64,000 nt of DNA from Octopus sinensis (taxonomy: Eukaryota): contig NC_042999.1 of assembly GCF_006345805.1 (NCBI RefSeq), positions 120,032,001 through 120,096,000 on the forward strand, in the 5' to 3' direction. The notes under the pieces are model-generated. The model searched no databases. It saw only the letters and a program-made list of their open reading frames with translations, and was not told the DNA's origin. Below, one piece after another: positions 1-13,039 of this stretch. The stretch's first letter is position 1, and every line of letters starts with the position of its first letter. The translations under genes and the position numbers were made by a program.

Positions 1-44
<44 letters not shown>

Positions 45-112
45 TCACTGCTTGGAATCGAACTCGGAATCTTGGGATTAGTAGCCCGCGCTCTTAACCA
101 TTACGGTATATG
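1..112 (-). mobile_element. Minimal tRNA-derived SINE with (AAT)n tail, copy 1 (tail runs off the window start)
   Basis: Reverse complement reads CATATACCGTAATGGTTAAGAGCGCGGGCTACTAATCCCAAGATTCCGAGTTCGATTCCAAGCAGTGACCTG(AAT)n, with a degenerate A box and B box GAGTTCGATTCC. It matches 44611-44682 at 66/72 nt. Confidence 0.8.
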
Positions 113-883
113 ACGGTTTTCAGACATTCAGAGGCAGAATCCGCAGTTGATAATATTTCAGATTTACAGGCTTGTGTGTGAGTTGGAAGGCGTGGTGCGT
201 GCTTGCATTTTTAGAGGGATTTTGTCTTATCCGGGCCACTCTACGGAAGTACACACACCTCTATAGCTCGGTCCAGTATAGTGCTGGTAGCCTAGCAATG
301 CGAAACCATATGAACGACCACGCGATGGTAAAGTAGGAAGGATCTGATAAAGATTTTCATAGAATTCGGCCTATCCGTTACAGTTACAGCCAATTTCATA
401 AGTCGATTTGAAGACAGAAAACGACCATCCTTACATAATGCCCACGTCAACGAAATGCCCAGCCATGTTGTATGATAATAAGCGTCTGTATTTTAAGGGT
501 ACTTTTATTTACAAACTTGGAGTATAATTTGTTGAGAATCAGACTTTAGAAGTGAAATTCTCTGAACAGTAAATATTATAATCTGTCTGCAATGTTTTGA
601 AATTATGTGAGTATATTAATGTCTCTTTTAAATTTAGCAAGGACAGGAAACCAATTATCTGTGTTAATTCAACAAATTTGCAAGTAACAATGTGTTTCTG
701 TTGCCAAGAGGCCTCGGGACAAGAGAGATCAATTGTCTTTTGTTGTACACCGTACAAATATAATTTAATTGATATTATTAAAATAGAAAACACTCTTTAT
801 TTTTTGTGATATCAATACTATCGCCTACTTAGCTACAAATCAGAGCTATGTCTGAATTAATCTACAGAGGAAAATATTCTTTT

Positions 884-1091
884 CTAATATAGGCACAAAG
901 CCCGAAATTTTGGGGGAGGGGCCAGTCGATTAGATCAACCCCAGTACGTAACTGGTACTTAATTTACCGACCCCGAAAGGATGGAAGGCAAAGTCGACCT
1001 CGACAGAATTTGAATTCTGAACGTAAAGACAGACGAAATACAGCTAAGCAATTAGCCTTGCGTGCTAACATTTCTGCCAACTCGCCGCCTT
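884..1091 (-). mobile_element. tRNA-derived SINE, family 1
   Basis: Minus strand begins GGCGGCGAGTTGGCAGAAATG (A box), has a B-box-like GAATTCAAATTC, then the body GAGGTCGACTTTGCCTTCCATCCTTTCGGGGTCG. Homologous copies lie at 20153-20350 and 53590-53790. Confidence 0.8.
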
Positions 1092-4009
1092 AGAGGAAAA
1101 GAGAATATTAAATACAAATATATTTTTATGCATTTGTATCATTGCTCAGCTCTAATACTGGTAATGTTTTGAAAGTGAAAAACATTTTAAGATGTAACGT
1201 ATACATTAGTTTAAAAGAATGTAAAAGGACACCAAAAGAGAAATATTGCATTCTCGTATTTTCGATATGCGTTGTTTTAACAGACTTTTGCACTATGCTG
1301 TATTTTTAGAGTTGATATTTACTTTAATTGAGTTAAAGAAAGAACATGATATTTTTCTTCAAATATAGGCATTTGGCTTCAGAGAATGTATTGCCTAAGG
1401 TAAAATAGTTTGCAAGAGAAAGGTAATGGATGATATTCATCAGAGATGTGAAGATTATAGAAATTTACCTTCCAGGTTAATACATTTTGTCTTAGTTACG
1501 AATGATTATTTTGGAGAGAGCGGCGCGTCAACACTTGAAGGTATCTTAAACATGCATCATATTTGGATGTATTTTTGCCATACTAAAGGCATTTTGTGAT
1601 CTCAATCTAGTTGAAAGGAATTACACAAGTTTTATACACATTATATTTAGGCTTCGTTATCTGATGTAAAAGAATTATGAAAATGATGAAAATGTTTGCT
1701 TAGAACAGAAAACTTAAACATATATCACAGAAAGTGAATAATGAAGCACGTCAGTATTGTTAAATATTATATAATAATTCAATTATATCAAATGTTGTTA
1801 ATTAATACTTAATTCCTCTTCATATCAAGAAAGAATTTGGCATTAATACTCCAGCACGTTCCATCCGAAACCTATAAAATCCTTAGATATTATATGGCAT
1901 TGGCAACATTATAAATGGAATATGAGAATCATGTAGAGATGGTAAATGGTTGTCGATCTCTTCCCTTAATTTCCCACCTCCAGCGCTATAACATGTGCGT
2001 TGACATCATATTATTGATTCTCACCATATTCCAACTCTATCGAAGTTCTGTACACTGCCTTAGTTGATAAATTGATTGAATAATACCCCTTATAAAATCA
2101 GCTCCTTAGTTTTCCCTTCATATTAGAATATCAGGATTCTCAGGCGTTTTAATGACATATGCTATAAATTTACATTAAGACTGAATTTCATTTACTAATT
2201 TCCCTAGAAAAACTGGCTGCAACTGAGGAAGGAAGAAAGAAAAGCATGACTGCTGACAATATTCAGTGGTCTATTCTCTCAAAATGTCGACAATCTATGC
2301 AAAAAATATTTTCAGTTTTTAAATGCTAAGTTACATAAAACCTTTCAACAGTATCAAGTATTGAGCTAATGCTATTTCATTCTATTGGTTTCAGATAATG
2401 ATAATATCAATATTTGAAATAATTTTTCAATGCATTCTTTGATGCAAAACCTACATACCCCCTGTGAAATCTCACCCAAATTATGAACTCAGATACATGT
2501 ATCTTGAAAATTCTTATAAGCTGTTTTGAACATCATTTATAACGAAACTGAAGTAAAACGTATGCACAGCAGTTACTTATAATTCACAATATTTTATTAT
2601 TTTCGATACAGAAAAAGAAGAGGATTGCTTCGCTGTGACCGCAGAACAAAACTTTATTTATTCAAATTTATATAGCATTAAGCAAATAAGATGAATACTT
2701 CCTAGAATGAGCAACTCATTTATTACACACGCATTTTACAGAAGATATACTGGATTCAGCAGTAGCAGGAAACAAATGACATCTCTGTCACTGTTTCTAG
2801 TAAAAAAAAGCAATGTTCAGTTGACAGCAAATATATATAACTCTGAGTGTACAAGCCTTTTAAAATGTTAGTGTTTAGACATTACAGACTACTGATTTTA
2901 TCCCTAGGTCTCCAGTTGCTATCATCTCGATTGTCCATGGCTTCTACACGTATTCTGTAATCGGTACTTCTTTTATAAATGTCCAATTTATATTTGAAAT
3001 GGATATGTATATGCTACCGCAAATATAAAGGTTATCAATTATCTCAACTGAAATAACTGTGTAAACATTGTCAGAAAAGAATTTGTTCTTGTAACGTTTC
3101 CAGCAGATAAAGAAAAAGCAAACTTATACCAGGTTACTTAACATTTTCGGTACAGATTCATATTTATTTTCTAGGTATTAAATATTGCCATACAAAGAGG
3201 CGTGACTTGTTTGCAGATATATAACAAGATTTGTATTCTTGATGAAATCCATTTTGCATCACATAATTTTTTTAAATAAGAGTTCGTGACATATTAAAAG
3301 AAACCACTGCCTAATATTACATTGTTAAGTGCTGTAAAGCAAAATATACTTAACCAGAACCAATGATCAAAATGTTTGAGCAGGTCTAGAGTTTTCTTTG
3401 TTGACCTTTCCATTTTTGTTTTTACTCTGAATTCCATTAAGACATGAATGAAATTGACACAGAATTAATAACCCATCTAAATTGTTTTGTGATTTCTGGT
3501 TTGTTTAACTATTTAATTTCAAACAGAATCTTTTATGGTATGATTTGATACTGCTTAGTAATTTTTTAAGTCACGAGTGTCTTTGAGCCGAAAGTAAAAT
3601 TTCCGCGTACCGAGATAAATATGAGTTTTTAATTTACAGATAAAGACGTTTCTTTTCATATGTCTTTCAATATATAATCAATATTACACGGGTAAATTAT
3701 AAAACAATAATTTTAATTGTATATGACTCAACATTGCTTTTTAGTAGCCAAATGTCTTTACTTACTACGATACAGGAAAAAAGAAAATATTAGGAAATCT
3801 TTATCAACGGGCATAGCCTGAATAACCGTTAGCTTTTCGGACTAAGATTCGAATAATGAAATGATTTATTCTAATATTTTACAGTATAAAAATTATGGCA
3901 ATTGCGGAATTAACGTTACGAGAGTTGTCTTGAAAGCGATATAAAGTGAATATACTTTATATTGATTTACATAGATTGTTGAATTTGTATATGTTGATAT
4001 GAAGGTAGT

Positions 4010-4975
4010 GTTCAACATAGTCTTCCTCACAAAAGTTGCATTTATGTCATCGGTAAATTCCTCCCTCGAGTTCATTGAAAAAAATCAAGTGTCTCTGTTG
4101 TATCCACTTCTTCACAGAATTCCCACCTGCTCTGTGTTTCCAAACCTTTGCTCTCGATGGTTGTCCTTGAATGAATAAAAGAAGTGGAACTCTGTAGGAA
4201 CAATATTAGGATTGTAAGAGGGATGGGGGGTGACAAACCAGTCTGAATTGTTGCCGGAAATATATATGATCAAGTGTTATCATGATAAATTTGAACGGTT
4301 TTCAGATCTTGGTCGGTCTGTTCCTCCTAATGGTTTCTTTAATATTTTTGTATGTCCCAGTATACATTGTGTTGTTCGCAGCACAGACACAATCCAGAAA
4401 ATTAAAATAAGGACCTTGGCATCTCCCAAAACAGTCACCATGATTCCTCAGTTGCTGCGTTTTGAAATTCTTAGACCTTGAAGTATAGGAATAACTCCTA
4501 TTCTGTGGATTGAGCCTTCGTTTCCGGATCATGAGTATACAGCTTATTTTCATCTCGTTAACAGACCAGACCAGACCAGCAAATATATTGTCCTCATTAA
4601 GCGTTTCTAGCCGATCATAGCAGATTTCTACCCGTCTCTCCTCAAATCACGAATCAACTACAGTGATACCCACTTTGCACACAATTTCCTTTACTCATCT
4701 TTCCAATCTCTTCTCCAATATATTGTGACTGGAGTCCTGTCGTATAATTACCTCACGGATTGTGACACGTCCGCCCGCTTGCTGGCTTTTGGTCCACTGA
4801 CTGGCGAATCGCACTTTTCTTTAAATGTTTTTATCCATCTGCACATATAGCTCTTAACAATGATGTTATTTTCGTAAACAAACTGTAGCCTTCTGTGAAT
4901 GTCAGACAGTGTTCACAGCATCTCCGTCAATAACTCAATAACTGCACATTTCTTCTTCCTGAAAGTGTTAGTATA
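4010..4975 (-). mobile_element. Decayed mariner transposase remnant
   Basis: Broken minus-strand frames give CAVIELL...IHRRLQFVY...RWIKTFKE, CAKWV, HDPETKAQSTE, MVTVLGDA, YHDN, FHFFYSFKD...RFGNTEQV and KKWIQQ...EEDYVE, in mariner order. Many stops and frameshifts. Confidence 0.75.
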
Positions 4976-6644
4976 GAGAAAAGTTTAGTCCATGTATAGG
5001 GATAAATTGGAGAATAATTGTCAGTTAAAGAAAGCAAAATATGACCATTTTAAACAATCCACGTAAATGTGAAGTTATATAACCTTTCTCTCGTCTATTT
5101 CAGTAGCTTATTGAAAGATTGTTCCGAACACTAAAACACGGTCAGTATTGCTCTAAACTTCTAGAGCGTTATTGTAAGGATCTGACATTGCTTTATATAA
5201 TTATATCCTGTAATACATATGAATCAGGAAATGGCATAACAGCCCCAATTTCTACTATACTATTATAATATATTCAAGTAAAACTTGAATATGATAAAAA
5301 CTTATTTTTAAAGTTCAAAATTATTACATTCAAATATTAGAAAATCAGTAATAATTAAAAATATAATGACTAAATTTAAGGTATGTTTATTACCGATTAT
5401 AAAACGAAAATAATCTACAAATAATTGCTATTGCTTCTTCAACAAATATTGATTTAATACCAAAAATGATTCCTGTTGCTAGAGGCGATATTATTGCAAC
5501 GCTATTCTCGTCAAAGTTTTGAATGAATTATATATAAGTCTTTGCTATATTTTTATATTGTTGATTATCAGTTAGCTTTCTTAAATTGTTTAATATTACG
5601 CCGTCGGAAGATAATTAGCTCTTTTACAGATTAAGATAGGAAGACAGTCGTATCAGATAAAGCTCTAGGACATATATGTTTCGTCTTGCTCGTACAACAA
5701 TGCCCTTAAGTGTTATTTGCTGGGTCAGATCTCAAAATCAGTTAAAAACAATTATAGAGAAAACTTTAGAAATTATAACCCGGAAATAAATATCAGTCTA
5801 CGCTACATACTTGTATCTACTTTGTTGTATCCCAACTAATATGCATTTGCACTTGGCAAATTCTACTTTCTCAGAAATGATAATGGCATATCAGAATATA
5901 TCAACTCTTCTAATATCATTCATCATATAACTATATATTATTAGAGCTGACGCCCTGAATTGGTTTCTATTATGAGGCTATTTATAGTAGTTTTACATGG
6001 TGTTGCTTATTAAGAAAGATACATGTATATATATATCTCAAAATATTGGCTACTTCTGATAATACAAATAAAATACTGGCGGCTTCTGATAACACAAAGT
6101 TAATGCGTATTAATAAAACTGTTAAAGTACTAAAACTATCTACATAAATAATTATCTACTTATATTTTAAGTGACCTTAAGAGGAAGCAGAAACAATTAA
6201 TGTTATTTTCCCTCGAGTCTCCTTCATTAATATATAAGTTCCTCACATTAAATATTTTCAATACTTCTAGATATTTATGATAATCTAGTCACTTGCGATA
6301 TTTACTTTAATTCAGCAAGACGTAACTTTTAGCTTTTGGGAGTTTGATTCTTAGTTGAAGATAATGACTCCGATAAAAGCATAAGCAGCTATTTTTAAGA
6401 GCAATTGATTGAAGAATTATTAGAGTATCATTCTCAATGCCTTTTGTTAATTCCTGGCATTATTATAGCATTCCCATCTTGAAACCCACCAGTGCCATTT
6501 TGTGAGTCAAAGTAGTAGAATCAATAAAACACATCTTCTACAAACGTATTTTATCGCGCTTATGATAGATCTATGTAGAATATATTAACTCACGTGTTAA
6601 GCACAATTCTGCTAGAAATGCACAATAATATTTAGATATTTAGA

Positions 6645-7050
6645 ATGGCTGTATGGTAAGTAACTTGCTTGCCAACCACATGGTTCTGGATTCAGTCCCA
6701 GTGCGTGGCATCTTTGGCAAGTGTCTTCTACTATAGCCTCAGGCCGACCAAAACCTTCTGAGTGGATTTGTTAGACAGAAACTGAAAGAAGCCCGTCGTA
6801 TATATGTATATATATACATGTATATATGTGTGTGTGTTTTTTGTGTCTGTGTTTGTCCTCCCAACATCGCTTGACAACCGAAGCTGGTGTGTTTACGTCC
6901 CCGTAACTTAGCGGTTCAGCAAAAGAGACCGATAGAATAAGTACTAGGCTTACAAAGAATATGTCCTGGGGTCAATTTGCTCGACTAAAGGCGGTGCTCC
7001 AGCATGGCCGCAGTCAAATGACTGAAACAAGTACAAGAGTAAAAGAGAGA
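6645..7050 (+). mobile_element. tRNA-derived SINE, family 2, with internal microsatellite
   Basis: tRNA-like head (GGCTGTATGGTAAG...GGATTCAGTCCC), body GGCAAGTGTCTTCTACTATAGCC...GAAACTGAAAGAAGCCCGTCG, internal (TA)/(TG) run and an AAGAGT-type tail. Reverse copy at 29822-30232 and a fragment at 61885-61950. Confidence 0.8.
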
Positions 7051-8915
7051 TAGTAAAAAAGTAATTCAAAACCTATTGGTTTCATCTTTAGCGTTTCTAC
7101 TCTTTCGACCGATAAGTTAACTAGCTTAGCTAGACTACTTTTACATTGTTTTCTAGCATTGACCGTTAAAGTTTTCTCAATGCTAGCTCTGTATCTTATC
7201 TTTTCGGAGTTTTTATAAGAAAGACAATATATATCCTGCGTGGGGTTATTAATTTTGATAATTTATATTATTCTAGTGATTCAGTTAGTCCTGTACACAC
7301 ATACTTATATTTAATATAAATTTACCTTCGGTCTTCGAAAGAATTTTAAACTTACAACAGATAAGCTCATATTCTACTCTAATGAACATGCAAATATTAT
7401 AGATGGCATTTGCTTTTATTTATAACACTACAATTTGTATCGTATTTATTTACGAGATTTCTCAATTACAGCTTGATTGCTGTTACGACATGAAGGTAAT
7501 CAATATGTGATCGGATCAAATTGGCAATAGCTACATTATATATTTCTTAGTTGGTGATAACATTCACATTTGTTACATATTATATCAAAATCAGTTGTCA
7601 TAGTATCGAGCTTCTTCTCGTAAATTCAGAGAAATAATTCACGATTTCCGTCTCTATTCCATAGTTTTGAAATAATCATTAATTTATTTCAAACATATAA
7701 TAGAAAAATAAAAAATATGGAACGAGGGGCCATTTTAAAATCCTGCAGTGCAAGAAATCATGAATTTCTAAGAATCTTATGTGATTGCAGTAATTAAATC
7801 TATACCCCCTAATTATATTACACGAAGCCACAACCAAATATATTAAAAACAGGATGTAAGTTCTTCTGAATCTATAAATGTAATATTTCATCATGTCAAT
7901 CTGAAGTAAATGTTCCAAAACCAGAATGTGGATTATAATCTATCTTCATCGTATATTTAATATTAGGATTCCATCAATTTTCGATTTATTGATTAGATTT
8001 TCTCATATTCTTTGAGGTTTTCATTTGCAACTCTTCTTTCTATTCAGTAACTCGAGAAAATTTTATTTGCGCTTCATCCAGTTCTTTCATTAATTTTTAT
8101 TTCCAATCACTTATTCCCCCTCCTTCCTCCTGTTGTAAGAATGAAGATTTCATCGCCTTTCAGTTTCATACTGAACCTTTATTGGATTCTTACGTTTCAA
8201 AAACATTTGTAAATTCATCTCATTATCATTGCGCATTTCTCTTTAACTGTCCAATATTATTAGTTTTCAGCGTGTTTACTTTCCCCGTACATAGATGCTA
8301 TATTGTTTGAGTGCGCAGAGGAATTCTTCCCATGTTAAAGACATCGAGTTATACTTAAGAAAGTTATTCATAAAGACACTTTGTGTATTATCGCTAAAGC
8401 GCAGTCAATTTCTAAAGATATTTAGCTGAATGTAGAAGTATTATATCGCTGAGTATAACTATTTACTGATATGATGAATGACTATGGCAACCCATTTTCG
8501 ATCTATGCCAATGAAACAAACTGTTATTACATTAATAATACTACCGGGTTAATAGTGTTTATCGAGTAAACAGATTTCTGTAAATTACTTCCGATAGTTC
8601 AATTTATGAAAATAGGAGCCTGATATGAAGTATTCTTTGTGTTAAACTGTGGGCTAATATTTTCATTAATGCATAATTCTTGCATACATATATATACACA
8701 TCAGTAGACCATCTGAACATTTCTTAGAGGCTTTTCAAATTTGAGTCACAAGATATAGATTTCGTTCATTTACATAGAAAATGACAAACAATGATATGAC
8801 CGCCTAAAAGACTACTAATATAAGTGTAATGGGTAGTTGCATTCAAATAATTTGCCGTAGGGAGAATTACATAGTATGCACAAGACAATTCATCATTAGA
8901 TGGGAAAAGGTATTG

Positions 8916-8941
8916 TTGTTGTTGTTGCCACCACCACCACA

Positions 8942-9022
<81 letters not shown>

Positions 9023-9115
9023 ACTATTGTAATCACCATTATCATCACCATCACTACTACCACCATCACCACTTCTACGACTGCTATTGCTCCTGCTACC
9101 GTTTTTACCGCGATT
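8916..9115. repeat. Compound trinucleotide microsatellite (TGT/CAC/ACT/GCT)n
   Basis: Directly visible. It accounts for the poly-L and poly-T/A ORFs 8829-9032 and 8900-9217. Confidence 0.95.
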
Positions 9116-9369
9116 AGCTATGTTAACTGTGAGAAAAATAACGGCAACAATATAATACTGATTATACTGCCTCCATATATTTATATTGTTCCACTAGCAA
9201 TTGGTGCTCAACTATGACTATGGAGATCAAATGAGGCGGAGTAAAAGAATCTAGAACAATAAATTATATTGATACATTAGAGTACCGTTATTCTATATTT
9301 CCCTTGTAAATAATTCGCATAAACAAATCTTCCATTCTAAGAAACATAATCCAGTAAAAAAAAAATTGA

Positions 9370-9389
9370 AATAATAATAATAATAATAA

Positions 9390-9427
<38 letters not shown>
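9370..9427. repeat. (AAT)n microsatellite
   Basis: Directly visible. Confidence 0.95.
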
Positions 9428-9429
<2 letters not shown>

Positions 9430-12400
9430 GAAGAGTGATATACATCAAAGAATAGTTTCTATAAAAAATATTATTCGGAAATCGAAATGGAAATGGGAAA
9501 ATACAAATTTGATCGCCAGAAGTGTATTTGATATAGACAAAAGAACTGAAAAGATAGTTACATATTTTATTGACAATGTTCTTGACAAAAGAATAGATTA
9601 TTACGAATTATACTCTGCCTTTTATTAACTACATTTTTGTATTTTGTATCATAACAAAAGCATTTAGTTGCGATTAGATCTCTTCTGGGCCATTACACTG
9701 AAATATCTGTAAAAAGAGATAACCATTCATAGAAGCTTTTTATACTTCTTAGAATCCAATGCTGAGAAATCGTTAACGCATTATATATAAATAGCTGACT
9801 TGTTATAAAACAGTTAGCTGCCACAGTAAATGCTGCTTCCGGTTGGATCAACTAAATTAAACAGCAGTGTTTCTAGTTGGTACTCAGATCTGCTAGTTAA
9901 AGAAAAACAGATTCCAGTAGAGTATGAAATCAGATTATATTGTCCTTTTCATACATCGATAAATCAAACAAACAAAAAGGTAGGCGTAAGAAAATAGTAT
10001 AAGAAGAAGACATTGCGAAATAAAGCAGTCATAAAGCTTGTTGATAAAAAAATATATTTCACCTAGGAAAGATGGACTCATGTATGCGACATTTTGAAAT
10101 AAAATTAGACAAACATTTGCATAAAGTATAAACAGATAATAAATGAATGAATGTAAAAGGTAAAAGATAACCAAATTCTGAAAAAAAATGGTGAAAATGC
10201 ACAAATTATATTTTAAATAAGTTAAATTTTTATGGTTACTTGTCAAGGATATTGCTCTGCTGTTAAGTAATTCACTCATCTGTACTTCGGAAAGGGTAGT
10301 CGCTGCTTCGCTGATGAACTCTCACAAAGCAGAATAATATCTTGTTTTATTATTTGTTCTGAATGAAGTGATTAAATTAATGATACTTGATTTGGAAATT
10401 ATATTTAAATGTCTTTTATGATATCATATAGATTCAAGTACGTCTGTTATGGTTAAACAGTTTGGTTACCAAACGTGATTCTCGGTTCAACCGCATCGTC
10501 CAGCAACTAGGTTTGATGTTTCAGCCACACAACTGAAAAGAAAGTAGATAAAGTAGTAATTTAAAACATGTATAAAGATCATTTGATTAAGTTATTTATA
10601 CAAGTCAGGGAGATTCTTGTTAGTAAAAGATCTCGTGAAAATTAATATTGCCTGTAAACTGTTATATGCTACTATATCATAAAAATAGCTCATTATACGA
10701 GCATTAGGATCAAGAGAATACAGGAACACACCACATACACCATATCGCTGTTGTTGCTGAGAGCTTTGTTTGAGTAGTCCTTTGATCAAACGCATTTCAT
10801 TTATGATCATGCTGTCGTATCTAGACTGCCTATTTAATATGCTCTTCCCAATTTTAAGGAATCAGCTTGTATTTTAAGAAAGATTTAACTACAACTTATT
10901 GCAATTAGAATGACACCCAAAGCGATACCTTCATTGACATGAATTTATATGACAAATTGATTAAACTTTCGAACATTGTTATTGTATTTCTCATCTCATG
11001 ACATCAGCCATTGTAGGGGCTTTCTACTTTGTATTTTGTGTTATTAAGTATGATAAACTGCGATACACAATCAGCTCTACAAGCTTGTGACATTCTCCTG
11101 AATATTTACTCGCTTAAATATTACATTTCTGGTAATCTGTGAGAAAGGATATTGCAAGGCTTATCCCCTCAAGAATATATAATCATTCTCAAAAGTGATC
11201 GCAAGATTAATTTGATAAAGCGGGATAAAGAGTGTGCATGTCAGTGGCTGATTAGGTTTGTTGATATCTTTCACTTGGAATGTCTCAGATAAATAATTAT
11301 GTTTCATCCACTAAGTTTCAATTCACAGAACGAAACACTCGAAAAAAATTGACAATATTTAAATGCTAGAATATGACATAGACCTGATGACGTGACAAGT
11401 TTGTAAATGTATAGATGCACTTTAACAAAGAATTATAGCATTTAGTAAACAAAAATAGTTAGAATATTAAAAGTAAAAGAAGCTACCAGCTTCGGAACAG
11501 TCGATCTTTATTCGCTGTTTTAGTAAGAAAAATTCCTTCATGATGTTCATATAAAAATATTACATTGACTTTCTGTACGTTGGCCGAAATTAGTGCCGGT
11601 AACCATACATGTATGAAATGCCTATGTTTGGCCTTGTCGATAAGGTAGTTTCTTCATGATTACTTGATTTGGCAATATTAGCCAAAACTCCTTTAAAATC
11701 ACGCTCAACTGTCTGTGAAAATGCAGAACACAAAGACTAGTCTACTCTTATACACTAACTGAATAATACACTATATACACTAACTGAATAATACGGGATA
11801 TTTATGCTGAAATATCTTCGATATTATTCGATGTTTACTGGTCTGTGGAAAAATAAGAACAAAAAAAACTTAATCTATAATCTGAGCATGACAACACAAT
11901 TTCATTCGTTAGAAGTATTTATCAAGAAATTTACCCTAAACACGTCCTCCTAGCATACGAGCAATAATGGTAAAGATGATTACTTACTATAACTTCGTTT
12001 CATGATTTTTAGCAACCTTTTCGTGACCGGGCATATATGATAATCAGGTGCCATAAATAAATTATATTCATTTTTCAAAGCTAGAAATATTGAACACTGG
12101 AACAGCCACTGACACCATCACAATGAGTAAGAACAGATCGGTGTTTCCACCACACGCGTCTAGAAGTAGATTGTTTCCAAATAAGGGTTATTCGCTTGAT
12201 AAGACAATCTTCACAAATCAATACAACTCGAATATTTATACATTGCTTAGACGTGTCTCTCTCAGTCAATTTCTAATACAACTACTTGAGCTATTTAAAC
12301 CCATTTGACTCAAATAATTCTTACTAGTATTCTGCCTTTGATACACACTTAAAATATTCACATGGAGTATTACTATTATTTGAAATTCTACCTATCTGTC

Positions 12401-13001
12401 ATTATGATTATCAGGAAATGCCTAATCCGGCAAGATATACAAAAACAAGCTACTTTTTAACGTTTTAAGATAATACATTCCACTAACTAATATAAGTTAA
12501 GTATTGTAGCAACAGAAAACCGTAAATGTAAGTGAATAATGTTGCTTTTGATTTGTCAAGTATACTCTGATCAAACAATCCAACATACATAAGATAAAAG
12601 GTACTCAGATTATAACACTTCAATCTTTCTTTTATACTGTAAATTTGAGTAAAACAGTCAACGTGTCCTTCTTTGTGAAGTGTTTCGGGGAGGGTTGTTT
12701 GCTTTGTCTAGCAGACTGAATAAATACATAGTGAATACATCGTTGGCTTATATCTGAATGCTACTGACCGATTACATGTTAAATTCTTGATATTCAATAG
12801 GATGGAAATATTGTAAATATTGCGGTATTAGTAGGCTTACGAAAATATTTATTTTAAGGATATCAATAAAAATTATTAGATAATATAATTATAGCAATTA
12901 AAAATCAAAATGTTATGTTTATCTTTTCTTGATTTAATAGTGCTTAATGTGCAAAGAATAGTTAAAAAACAACAAAACAGAATATGTATGGCAGACATTA
13001 T

Positions 13002-13039
<38 letters not shown>

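Noticed and set aside
2400-3500. Possible decayed GPCR or LINE endonuclease frame on the minus strand (e.g. MIATGDLGIK)
   Set aside because: Stops in all frames and only vague motif resemblance. It cannot be supported without a profile search.
7930-8340. Purine-rich minus-strand stretch resembling a coiled-coil coding relic
   Set aside because: Many stops, no diagnostic motif and no splice support.
8829-9217. Low-complexity ORFs here and at 14575-14894, 21450-21761, 25434-25674, 50261-50650, 52718-53071 and 61198-61919
   Set aside because: They are translations of microsatellites (poly-L, CV, HT, YI, D, S), with no coding evidence.
11749-11795. Short direct repeat TATACACTAACTGAATAATAC x2
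   Set aside because: Ordinary local slippage duplication.
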